From contig CAXHJY010001118.1 of NCBI GenBank assembly GCA_964016885.1, positions 1 through 64,000 on the forward strand: 64,000 bases of DNA. Direction: 5' to 3'. Positions 10,860 through 22,775 of this stretch are shown here, piece by piece. The notes beneath the pieces are model-generated. The model saw nothing but the letters and a program-made list of their open reading frames with translations, was not told the DNA's origin and did not search any database. Positions within the stretch are counted from its first letter, which is position 1. Every line of letters begins with the position of its first letter. Both the position numbers and the translations under genes were made by a program. Source of the DNA: Eledone cirrhosa. Taxonomy: Eukaryota.

Positions 10860-11330
10860 GTGTGGAGACAGTAAGAGAAGAATTCTAGATGGGTATTTAA
10901 AGTTTTATTGTTGGTGTAAAGTTTAGTAAGTATCAAACACACCTATCATTGCATAATCTGCCAACTTTGAACCCATTTATATAGGTTGAGATTGTTCAAT
11001 TATCTTCCATTTAATAGAGAAGTTTCTGGTCATGTCCTTGAGTTGTCATATTTTGTTTGACAAATTAGTGCTATTTCTTTTATTTGGTTATTTCAAAGTC
11101 GATTCATAATTTAGGAAACCATTTTTACAATGACTTTCTGACATATCCTCATATGTCCAGGTGTCATTTTGATGGTGTTGATTCAATGAAGAGATTTCAG
11201 CTTCATTTATTATCGCTGGGGAGTTGCATTGTTGATCCAATGGGCATAACTTTAGCTTTTTATATGAACATCCTTATGTTTGGGGACTTTGGTTTTTATT
11301 TAAGAGGTGTGATTTCATGTGTATGGACAT
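10860..11330 (-). pseudogene. Penelope-like element GIY-YIG endonuclease remnant
   Basis: Manual translation CPLDQQCNSP...NYESTLK*PNKRNSTNLSNKI*QLKDMTRNFSIKWKIIEQSQP/YINGFKVGRLCN, homologous to 28401-28945. Confidence 0.82.
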
Positions 11331-11374
11331 ATATATATGTGTGTGTTTATGTATGTGTGTATATATATATATAT

Positions 11375-11810
11375 AAATATATGAATGTATATATAGTGTA
11401 TTTGGTAATACACTGTATGTTTAATTAAAAGAATTTTGAAGACCTTACGCTATTGTTTTAAAGTAGTGATTATGTCACTTACTTCTTTTTTCAACAAACA
11501 AAGGGAGATAAGCTGACAGATCTCTGTTTCATACTGTTGGTATTCCTCAGAGCTTAGCACTCCCCTTGTCTGTTGAAAATTATGAATGTTGGATTCTTAT
11601 AGAATTCCAGTAATAATCAGGAACTGATTATACAGAGCGGTTGCCAGTCCAGGAAAAATTGAAAATTAGAATTGGTGCTCTGAAATAGCGATGTATATAT
11701 GAATGTATATATAGTGTCTAAAAATGCTTTTAATTAAGCATACAATGTATTACCAAATACACTATATATACATTCATATATACATCGTTATTTCAGAGCA
11801 CCAATTCTAA
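11375..11810 (-). mobile_element. Diverged homolog of the 310-bp array unit (minus strand), followed by an inverted partial copy (~11725-11810, plus strand)
   Basis: gagcggttgcc, gctctgaaatagcgat and ttttgaagacct..cgctat match the reverse complement of the array unit. Confidence 0.85.
11488..11579 (-). ncRNA. Type I hammerhead ribozyme with full stem III
   Basis: Minus strand: TAAGCT-CTGAGGA-ATAC caaca GTAT-GAAA-CAGA ga TCTG-TC|AGCTTA, plus a ~20-bp distal stem I. Confidence 0.9.
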
Positions 11811-11885
11811 TATATATATGAAGTATTTCCGTAGAAAGGGTAAAGGAAGGGAGAGTGCTCTATGTATGCTACGGAGCTATTTAAT

Positions 11886-12070
11886 TATGTAATAAACAAC
11901 ACAAAACAATTATTCCATTTACCAAAGGTTTCATGAAGACAGGTGAGCTCAACAGAGACGTCTGAAATTGCTCATCAGAACTTTCTGATTTCAGACGTCT
12001 CTGTTGAGCTCACCTGTCTTTGTGAAACTTTTGGTAAATGGAATAATTGTTTTGTGTTGTTTATTACATA
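11886..12070. repeat. Long hairpin (83-bp arms) overlapping a partial hammerhead-like core
   Basis: Arms 11886-11968 and 11988-12070; minus strand CTGATGA-GCAA...GAAAC-CTTTG-GTA with weak stem I. Confidence 0.85.
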
Positions 12071-12202
12071 TTTATATATATATATATATATATGCATGTG
12101 TGTATACATGTATATACATATATATAACCCACGCAAGTGGGGGAAAAAAACGGATGTAAAATCGATGATGATGACACACACACACGCACACACATATATA
12201 TG

Positions 12203-12343
12203 TGAGAAGATTCAGGACCCCGATGGCTGAGCTCCGGCTGTTTTGACAGCTAGATCCTAACAGATCTAGCTGTCAAAACAGATCCTAACAGATCTAGCTG
12301 TCGAACGGCCAGAGGTCAGCCTTCGGGGTCCTGAATCTTTTCT
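12203..12343. mobile_element. MITE with nested inverted repeats
   Basis: gaagattcaggaccccga / tcggggtcctgaatcttttc; a related end lies at ~44120-44170. Confidence 0.75.
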
Positions 12344-13110
12344 TATTACCCACTCTACTACCCCAAGTATCAAGTACTCTGGTGCATTGTGGTCCACCTA
12401 GTATCTTATCACATCCTCTTTGTTTTATATATATATATAGTTGTCATGGTTTAAGTGTTTACTTGATTGTGGGTGTTGCATTTGAACCTTTTCAATCTAT
12501 AAACTTAGGCTGGCATGGCATCATCAAACACTATTTTGCATCTACGTAGAGGTTACACACGAAAACTTAAGTTATTGATATGGTTTAATGAGAAACATCC
12601 ACATATCATCAAATCATGTACAAAGTAAGATTAGGCTATGATTAATTCAATGTAAAGGTGGGTGTTTATTGGTTATCAGCCCACTCCTGTTTATTCATTT
12701 TATTTTCTAGGCTAATACAGAGGAGTTTAAACTGTATATCTGTGGAAACTCCTCCCCATTTGATCAGTACAGGTCTTTCAATTTCTTTTCTCAATCCATT
12801 CACTTTAACTGTCATAATGGGTTATATAAGATTTAAATCGAGTATAATCAGGATTTTTAATACACAAAGTTTTAGTCAACCTTTTTTTATATTTTATAAG
12901 TAAGTATGAAGCCAAAACCAAGTTCTATGCCTTCAACAGTCCTATGCCTTCAACAATATTTTTAACGATTATATATGTATTAAGATATACCTATAATGCA
13001 TTGGTATATGATTATATGATTTGTTTGTTACAGCTCACACCTATGCAGGTTTAGCTGGCCTCCTCCAAGGTATATCTCATTGGAGGTGTCTTGGGTGATT
13101 TAATGATAGG

Positions 13111-13268
13111 GACCCCTGTCCTATCATCTCATTTCTACAGCTGAGTAAACTGGAGCAATGTGAAATAAAGTGTCTTGCTCAAGGAAACAACACATCACCT
13201 GGTCCGAGAATTGAATTCACAACCTTTCGATTGCAAGCCAAATGCTCTAACCACTAAGCTATGCACCT
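13111..13268 (-). mobile_element. SINE family A (head and body only)
   Basis: Near-identical to 1482-1638. Confidence 0.88.
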
Positions 13269-14233
13269 TCACATTATTATATGATTACTCATATATGAAA
13301 GAAAGTCTATTTGTGTACATTTATTGAGTATATTTTCATTTACATCATCTGTTAAAAATAACTTCAGCAAACAAAATGAAGTAGAAGTCACCAAACCTGT
13401 AGCTGCCTTCTTTTACACATACTAAGATTCAAATCACTAGATAAATAAATATTTAATAACAACACATGACAATGAAATAAAAGATACATGGAAATGAAAT
13501 GAAAGAAAAATCAGATTGAGAAGATTCGATAAAAATAATTGATTATTTTCATGTCAGTTGCTATACTTAAAAGAAGTAGATATACCATAGAAATTAATAC
13601 AATAAAAACGTAGTTGGAAAAAATGTAGTTGGAAAAAATGTAGGAGGACTGGAATTAAAATGACTAAAAAATATGCAGATAGGTTGTTATTTTAACTTTG
13701 TTCATTTGATTATCATTACACATAGAAAAACTATTTTTTTAAGAAAGAGAGAGAGAAATAGAGAAAGAAAAGGGGACGAGTGTTATCTGTATCATTTTGA
13801 CAATTTAGCCCAGAATATTACAAATAATATTTTATTAAATAAAATAAAATAAAATAAAAAGCAAAAACAGAGTAAGAAAGTGGAAAATTCATAGCTGTAA
13901 TGGTACCTACTATGCCAAATAAAATTATTCAACTTCACAACTTTTTGGAGATAAAATTTAATCTTTTTAAGTACAGATACTGGGTACTTATTGTACTGAT
14001 GCCAGAAAGTATGTATGATATTCTATATTTAACATTATCTCACTCAGAAAAAAATAATTAAATTTTAATCGATGTAGCTATCATATGGGAAACCATGAAA
14101 ACATTCTTGTGTCAATGAATGGAAAGTACATTTGTCTGTTTCACCGAGATATTTTCCCAATAGTTACCGGACTAGAAATTGTTATATTCAACAAGAAAAT
14201 AAAATTATATTGTTTCTATTTTTACTTATTTAC

Positions 14234-14580
14234 AGCATGGCTAGATGGTTAAGAAGTTTGCTTCGAAATCATAAGATCTTGGATTCTATCCCACTGTGGC
14301 ATTTTGAGCAAGTATCATTTACCATAGCCATGGGTCGACCCAAGCCTTATAAGTGAAACTGGATCAATAGAAATTGTTTGGAAGCCCTTGGGTGGATTGT
14401 ACCTGTAATCTAAAGAGCTCATCTTGTTACACACTGTCACTTTAAATCTCCATTAAGAGTACCCATGTCTGTAGAATGCTCAGACACTTACACATTAATT
14501 TCATAAGCAGGCTGTTTCATTGAACAAACAACTGGAACACTCAATATCAAAACCAAAGGAGTTCTATTCCATTTCGTTCC
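14234..14580 (+). mobile_element. Degenerate tRNA-derived SINE (family C); related copy at ~63718-63845
   Basis: tggctagatggttaagaag head, ttgagcaag body and gccttataagtgaa motif shared with the 63.7-kb copy. Confidence 0.55.
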
Positions 14581-14807
14581 ATTGTAGTTTAGTTATTTTA
14601 CTATCTTCACTGACTGATCAATTAGGTTATGTATGTTTATTTATAAAAACAATATTTCTGATAATCAGTTGATCACTGAGAATGATATTACACTTATTTT
14701 TCATGGCATGATATACTGTTAAATCTATTTTAACCCAGCCTAGATTCTTTGGAGTTTCATTTACTCAACTTTTATTTTACCAGCCACATCTTCAGACACT
14801 ACTTTAA

Positions 14808-15004
14808 CCCTTTAGCATTTGCATTACTCTATATTTACTATTATATTTTCATGGTAAAGGCTTTATCTCACATAATATTGAATCTATGAGATTTTGATAG
14901 TATTTATTTTGAGAAACATACCTTAACATTAGTATGAGCTGCCGGTTAGAATTGGTTTGAACAGAAAGCAGAGAGAGGATATGGCCAGTTTAACTGCTAA
15001 AGCG
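14808..15004 (+). mobile_element. piggyBac-type MITE
   Basis: TTAA|CCCTTTAGCATTT...GCTAAAGCG|TTAA; multi-copy in this window. Confidence 0.85.
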
Positions 15005-16365
15005 TTAATTTAAGTTGATTACTATTTAACGTTCATAAACCATTCTTGAATGAATGGTTTGATAGATATCTGGAGAATTTAAATGGTAATGACAGATTTG
15101 TTTTATATTAAAGAACTAAGGATCAACTTTCTTATTTCACATTACTGAATAGAAATATTGCCCAGCTTTTATACAGTATCTATCTGTGCAGTTGTCTTAA
15201 TCTCAATTGTATCAAATTAAAATAACATCTGAAGAATTGACTGGTAAAATAAACGGAGGAAGTCGAGAGAATCAAGGCTGAGTTAGAATAGATTTTCATA
15301 ATAGATCTTGCTAGTGGGCCTGAAGCAACTTCAATGAAGAACTGTTACATACATATTTTCTAGGAAGCATGAAAAATTATAACTATTAAGTAGACAATGT
15401 TTCAGCTCCTGATAAGTTACCAATTCTTTTACTACCATGCTATTAGATACTGTTTCTCAGAAAAAGACAGAGAACACACATAGTGAAATTAGGTACCAAA
15501 AGAAGAGTACAGTTAAACATTGGTTATCTGAATATCAAATATCAGAATTTTGGATTATCTGAACAAGATCTGTGTGTAATTAAATAAACTTTAGAATAAT
15601 ACTGGCTATCATTTTGTCTTTTGCTTACAGTGATTAGAAATGAATTTGAATTATAGAAAAACATAAAAACGTTACATCAAAGAAATGTTTCAGACACTAT
15701 GATCATGTCTTTTGTTTACAGATTTCAAAAGTATTATGTTGAGCAGTTTGCTAGTTTGATCTTAGTAGGTCACTTTAAACAGTGTTCAAATTATTTTAAC
15801 ATAAAAATAACTGACATACTGAAATATTTAAAGGAATGGCAAAACCAGTATTATTTGTTATAAGTAAATGAGTTTGTTGTTGTTACTATGTCTAAAGGGA
15901 AAGCAAACACTATTGACAATTGGATATAAAAACAAGATTTTATATTTAGATTGCAGTGGAAAGGCATCAAAGATTACATAGGAGTACAATATTGTCTCAT
16001 AAAGCTTCTGTTTGCAAGCTTTTTTTATGTAATTATCTTTTGTATAGCTTCCTTTCAGATCAGTTACCCATCTTGTTTGAATAATTGAGGTTTGTTAGAA
16101 CAGCCTTGTACATGTTAAGTATTGTAAAACTATAGCAGTGAGAGACTTGTACTAAAAGATTTCAAACATTATCTAATGATTGTCTTTATAAGAGCTTTCA
16201 GTAATTATAAGTAATTACATGCACCAATAAATGTTGACATTTCATAAAGAGATGTGTGAAGATATTTTTAAATTGATAAAAACTGTAAGGATACCATTTT
16301 ATATACTGCTGTAACATACAAATGGCTTTAGATATCTAGAAACTAGATTAAAACATCCTACTTAC

Positions 16366-17533
16366 CTGAATTTTCATTTGTCATGGACTTGCTAGCACCT
16401 TCTATCTTTTCTGTTGCTTTGGTATCTTCACCAGTGATGTCATGATTTGTTTCGTCAAAATTTGTTTGTTTAACTATATTTTCTTCTGAAATATTTCCAT
16501 CTGCACTGTCATTAGATTTAACTTCCTGAAGTGTATTGGCACTATTCACTATTTCATTAGTTTCTTGCAAAGAACTAATAATAGTTGATTCACATATAGC
16601 TTCTGGAACAGAGGACTGATTGACTTTTTCAGCATTATTACTTGAACTGGTCTCATAATCGGTTGATGCAGCACAGTATTCTGAAACAGTTTTTGTATCT
16701 GTTTCAACATTTTCTTTTGAAATACTACTAATGCCTTTAGCTTTTGTTTGAATGAGTTGTTCAGATTTTTGTGGAATATTATCAAAATTTGATCCACTGC
16801 TTCGACTTTGGAAAAGGTTTTCCAGCATTTTGGCTCTAGATGACATATCTGATTTACTCATTCTATTTTCTATTACATTATCAGTATCTGCATTCGTTTT
16901 GGGGACAGTGCCTTTCATATTATTTTCCTCAAAATTTCCAGATTCTAACTGTGGATATGAATTTGAATGTTTACTGTCATGGTCTACAACAGATTTTGCC
17001 ATGTCAGTGCTCAAAGTTGAAGAGAAATTATTTTGTTGGTAACTATTTTCAGTAACAGCTTTAGTAATTGTTTCTTCTAGTTTATGTATTTGGCCACTGT
17101 CTGGAGTTTTATGAGCAGTTTTCTTCATTACATTTTTATTACTTGTGTTTTTAACTACTGGATATTCAAAGTCGTTTATTTTATTTTCTATTGGTTTAAT
17201 AATAGATTTAGTTTGACCAGTTGTCTTCAGAAGAAATTTACTCACATTTTCTTTAGCATCTCTGTCAACAGTATTTGCAATTTCTGCTCTAATATCATCA
17301 ACAGTACTTCTGCTTGAAAATTCTTGGATTAGCATATGGCCTTTTGCTTTTCCTGGCATCTTTTTTAAATTTGGTGCTTCACTTTTTACCTTCTTAATGT
17401 CTTCATAACCATTTTGTAATTGAGGATAAGATTCAGTTTCTTTATCCACAACATCTTTGATGTGATTTGAATCGGGTCTTTTATTTTCAGTATTTACCAC
17501 AGCGGATGAAATGGGTTCAGTCTTTTGCTTGTA
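16366..17533 (-). CDS. Large internal exon (1168 nt, phase 0 to 1) of an unidentified host gene; S/T/N/E/K-rich, probably disordered
   Basis: 389 open codons in AT-rich DNA; acceptor ctaacttttcttcag|TAC, donor TCAG|gtaagt. Confidence 0.85.
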
Positions 17534-17894
17534 CTGAAGAAAAGTTAGGATAAGGGTATGTATAAATAAACTCCCAATAGCTTCATAAATATTAAAGGAT
17601 AAAAATGAAATTGCTTCTTTATATAAAAATATACAGTAGAATCTAACTAGATGAGATGTGTTTCATCACACACACACACATACACACACATGTTCTCTGT
17701 ATGTGTGTTTACATTTTATTGAGAAACTACAAAATGTAGACCCACAAAACCACATATATTATCATTTGCTATCCAACAGGAAAGGTTTATATAACAATTA
17801 TTCTGAAATATAAAGTAGCAAGGTTTTTAATTCATTTTTTAGAAATATTCCCATATTCATATTGAAAAATTTGAATGAGAGAGAGAGAGAGAGA

Positions 17895-18982
17895 CTAAGA
17901 TGCAAATTGATCAACTGGGATGAAGTGACCATGAACTACAAATGAGCAGTTGAACCCTTGGTTTGAAAAATGCAGGATCTGAAAGGTAATGCACATATAA
18001 TGAGAAGTTTTCAGGCAAACTTTACCCACAATTCCTCGAGGAACCCAAGCTAATCTGATCAATCCTTGCCTTGAAAGACTTTTATGTCTGGATCCATAAT
18101 CTGCAACCAAATTTTACTACTAATATGCAAGTGCACTTGACTAGTGGTGATGCTGATGCTGTGAAACCAACTTCTTGAAAAGAACTCCAATAAATTCAAT
18201 TGTCATTCAGACATATTATTGAAACAACAGAAACTAATTGTCAGAGTCTTTCCTAACATTCACATCAGACAATATGATCATAAATGGATCTGCAAAAGAG
18301 CAATCAGCACTGAAGAATGTTGCTGTGAGAAAGTTGTTGGTCACACTTGTGGGAGAGAAAATATGCAACAAATTAATAGGCATAGCCACTTTGAAGGATC
18401 AGGTTGTAAATTATTCAATCAAATTCTGATCAACCAGAAACCAGCAGGAATCCCTCCACATTGTCTGATGCTAAAAGCTTGGGACATTGATTGTGTTACT
18501 CTGTGATCTAGATCCTCCAAAGGTTTTCAATGGCACAAAAGTTACCATCAAATATACATATCTTGTTTTGGCGGTCACAATCATGCCAAGAAAATTTGCT
18601 GGTGACAGCTGTTTAATTCTTAGTATACCACTGAAGCCAACTGGTTTACCATATGAATTTCAAAAGATTTAATTTTCTGTCAGACCTATCTGAGAAGAAT
18701 CTGATAGATTTATGTTGCAACTTCACAAATTAAGAACTTTCATGGTCTCTTCATTGTAGCACTACAGAGCAAAACCAAAAATATTTATTCCAAGGTTTTG
18801 GAATGAACAAATAAATAATCAAGGTCCTTTTAAAATAAATATCTAGCTGATGAAACTCATTTATGCCAGGCTGGCTGCCAATCCATATGCAAATGAGTTT
18901 CATCAGCTCATAAACATAAGCAGAATTCTATAAGAATCCAGCTTAATTTAGATTCAGCAAAGCCAGGGAAATATGTACTCGT
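17895..18982 (+). mobile_element. Decayed Helitron 3' part (PIF1-type helicase pseudogene)
   Basis: Fragments CKLINWDEVTM, FRQTLPTIPRGT, VFPNI..HKWICKRAI, PAGIPPHCLMLK, LLCDLDPPKVFNGTK, IPLKPTGLPYEFQK; stops and frameshifts. Confidence 0.85.
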
Positions 18983-19144
18983 GATACCACTAATGAGTCA
19001 GAAACAGTGGCATCGTCGATTACTTCCTCCTGCTTTTGCTGAAGCTAGGTATGTGGCGATCGGCACAACCTTAAAATTCATAACGAAAGGCCTTCCAAAT
19101 GTTTTTCACAAACATCCCATATATTATTAAATAGGCAATACATA

Positions 19145-19221
<77 letters not shown>

Positions 19222-19264
19222 GCTTTGTTTTTAAAAATTTTAAGAAAATTCCATTCTGACTTAC

Positions 19265-19459
19265 CTCTGAAAAGCATTTCATTGACCGATTAATCAATTT
19301 GGCAATTGAAGAATTTAAATTTTTCAACTGAGTTTTTGAAGAAGTATAAGTATCAGAATTGATTTCATTCTCTGCGTCTAAAAGAGCTTGTAGCTGGTAC
19401 ACCTCACCCTGTTCTTTCTTTATTTTATTTTGGATAAAAGATATCGAACTGGAGAGTTC
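19265..19459 (-). CDS. Host gene exon (195 nt, phase 0/0), coiled-coil-like peptide
   Basis: Acceptor tgtttcag|GAA, donor GAG|gtaagt; 65 codons ELSSS...KCFSE; phase matches the 17533 acceptor. Confidence 0.8.
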
Positions 19460-19888
19460 CTGAAACATTCAATTAAAGATAAAAATCAAAGATATTTAGA
19501 GAATGTATATAATTTTTGACTTAAGAAGCTTTGAGAAAATTTGAAATTTGAAATGTGCATGTCCCAATTCCCAATGCAAATGATAATAATAACAGTCATG
19601 ATTATACATAATAGTTGAAAACATAGGTTAAAGTGCCCCTGGAAACAGAAGTGGACAAAGGCACCTGCAAGGGATTGAAACAAACATCTCTCGGATATTA
19701 GGTATGTGTGTTAACCCCTATGTTAAAAAGCCGCTGGCCACCGATTTCATGTTATATTTTTTAGGAAGTTTTAAGTCTGTAGGTAGAAGTGTGAACAAAG
19801 CAGTTAACTTAAGAAGCATGGGGAAAATTTAAAATGTGTGTACCCCAATGCAACTGACCGACCATAATAATAATCAAATTATATATGT

Positions 19889-20197
19889 ACTAGCTGGCCT
19901 CGTGCTGTCAAAAATGATGGCTAATTGTAATATCTATACATAATATAAAAAAAAATATTTGTTTGTTGGTTGGCTGGTTGGTTGGTTCCTTCGCACTCAC
20001 TAACATAAGTGATACAAACATACAAACACACAGCTGTGATGAAACTTAGAAGACTGGTCTACTATAGTTTCTCACCCTCCCCCACCTAGTCGACGTAATC
20101 ACCCCTTCCTTCCTCAATCGACGTAATCACCACTTCCTTCACCAGTCATCTTTAATGTATTATGGACAAATACACAAAGCTATTATATTAATAGATA
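19889..20197. mobile_element. Possible non-autonomous Helitron termini
   Basis: aTCTATACATAATATAAAA followed by (TTGG)n on plus; aTCTATTAATATAA and CTAGT ends on minus. Confidence 0.4.
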
Positions 20198-20705
20198 CAA
20201 CCACATCATTTTGTTTCCATTCTTCCATGTTGGCATGATGTTAATAGGACACATTACTTTGCTACTCATCTCAGCAATAGAGAAAAACTGACCAACTTTG
20301 CTGTCATGGATATCAAGTTATATATTTGGTATGGTTTTGGTTGTTGGAAGCACTCCCTTTCATCAACTACTTTACAGTGTAACCTAGGTGCATTTTATTA
20401 GCCACCAGCACTAGACATATTCTCTGCAATAGAACTGAAAAGACTTTTCTATATTGTGTCAGACTTTATTCAGAGTTACTAGATGATGAGTAGTGCTTAG
20501 CTTCATAATTGAGAGATCATTTATCTCTATGGTCTAGAAGAGTTTACTTAGAAACAGGCAGACATTTGGAGTCTGAGACTGCTGGACAAAATGCTTCTTT
20601 ATGTATTTATACACCCATGCTACCATGGAAGAACGGACGTAAAACAGTGATGATGATGAAACAGAAGTTAGAGTATGTATATACATAATCATCATCATTA
20701 TTTAA

Positions 20706-20863
20706 CCCTTTAGCATTTACATTACTCTATATATACTATTGTAATTTCGTGGTAAAGCCTTTATCTCACATAATTATCTCAAATAATATCGAATCTATGC
20801 GATTTTGATATTTTCTATTTTGAGAACAATAGCTTAACATCTAAATGTTTAAATGCTAAAGGG
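20706..20863 (+). mobile_element. piggyBac-type MITE (internally deleted)
   Basis: TTAA|CCCTTTAGCATTTA...TAAATGCTAAAGGG|TTAA. Confidence 0.88.
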
Positions 20864-21869
20864 TTAACATCTATTTTCTCTGCTTTCATTGGCTAAACAA
20901 GATGACTACATCTTGCTCATAAATTCCATTTTGGGCTTGGAGCCTTTGCTAATACCAACTACTTTTCAGCATGTACAAGGAGCATTTTATTGTGGCACCA
21001 ACACTTCCATCTTGTAGGGTGGCTGGGTGTTTTTTTATTGGGGCACCAGCACTACATATTACAATGCTAGAATATTCATTATGTACTCAGTCAGACTGAG
21101 TGATATGCCTACATATAGAGATAGATAAATATATTAATGAAGCAGAGTTTCAGCTTGTTGTAGCTTCTGTAAGGTTCTCCAGGGTAGTGATTGCTTTTAA
21201 GAGAGAAAAAATAAATCCCTGTTGGATTTGTAGAATTTAGTCACTTTGTCAGGTCATGGGGCCTTGGCTGGTTTTGTGGAAGGAACTATAGAAGTTGGTC
21301 AGTTGATGGCTGTTTAGGTGATGGAATGGTGTTAGTATCAAGCAGATTGGGTGGTGTACTTAGACAAATGATGTCAGATTTAGGCTATTCTTCAACAGAG
21401 AAGGGAGAAGGAGAAAGGGGCAAGTGGTTGGAGGTGGAAGGCATGCACTCATACACCAGTATATGTATATATACACAGATCCCCCCCCCCCCCCCACATA
21501 TATTATACACATACATACACCTATACCTCATTAAAATACCCATTCTGCATGCTCAAGTACTACTCTGATTTGTGGTCTTCTTGGTCATTGGACCATAGAC
21601 ATTCCATATATATATATATGTACACACACTCTGAAAAGTAGTTGGTGTTAAGAAAAGCATCCAGTCATAGAATCTATGCCAAAAGTGGAATGTACGAGCA
21701 TGGTATGGTACCCAAACTTGCTTACGATGGCTGTAACTTTAAACTGGAATTTACTCGGATCTCAACAAACCATCCAACTCATTCCAGCATGCAAATTGGT
21801 CATAAACTGATGAGGATGATGCGTAAATATAGTTACATGCACATATACACACAAATGTAAATGCATCAC

Positions 21870-22130
21870 TGAATTGGAGAAGGCTACTTAGTTCTGGTTG
21901 TAACCTTATGCAGATTACTGATCCTGGGTGCTAGAGAGAAATGCACTTGAAATAAAAGTCTCAGAGGAAACTTTGGTCATGTTTAGAAAATATTTTGTGA
22001 GGTAGTTGTATAATTTCAGACCTTTAAATGTCAAACTGTTGCAACATAAGTTCCTGTGATAGGAGAGTCTGAAGAAAGGGGTGTTGGTATCTGACAGCAT
22101 CTTTCTGTCTTTTGCTTTTGTCTCTTGTAT
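21870..22130 (-). mobile_element. Old CR1/L2-like LINE 3' fragment
   Basis: NSLTFKGLKLYNYL...FLSSTQDQ resembles a CR1-group ORF2 C-terminus. Confidence 0.5.
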
Positions 22131-22775
22131 GCCAAAGTTGTAAAATGATTTCTAACTTGAGCACAAGGTCAGATATTTGGGTCATTGGTATATTGCTTTA
22201 AATTAACCTCTGTACTTATTTTCTTAACTCCAGAAGAATGTAAATTAAAGTTTTTCCTGGTAGGATAAGAAGCATGTTAAGGAGCTTAACTCACTAATCA
22301 AAAGAATTAAATTTGATGTTTGTGTCCAATCATAATTTAGAAATTATTAGGAGTGGAAAACGAAAATTATGAGAACTCGTTTCCTTAAGTAAGATCAAAT
22401 AAAAGAATAAACTCTCTTGAATGTCAAAGTCTCACAATTATGTTAAACAAAACATTGTATAACTTTTTTTTTTTTGGTTAGTTGAAAAAAAAAATTAGAT
22501 CTGTAAACAGAATGTACAATTTTCTTAGTCTTTACAAAATGGTAATGCTGGTTGAGCAGGTTTATAACTTGTAAGACAACATTAACTAAGGGTCATTTGA
22601 GATTAACCCAGATTGGTGTGTTAATAGAAATGAAAGCCTTTCAGCTGATACCCACCTGTTTCAGTTATTCCTAGTAAATTTATCCTCACAAATATTTGAA
22701 AGTGAAAGATATATACATCATCATCATCATCATATATAAATATGTACATATCAAAACACACACACACATATATAT

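Noticed and set aside
18845-18908. CTGATGA hammerhead core on both strands
   Set aside because: Simple inverted repeat with no GAAA-stem III-UH-stem I arrangement
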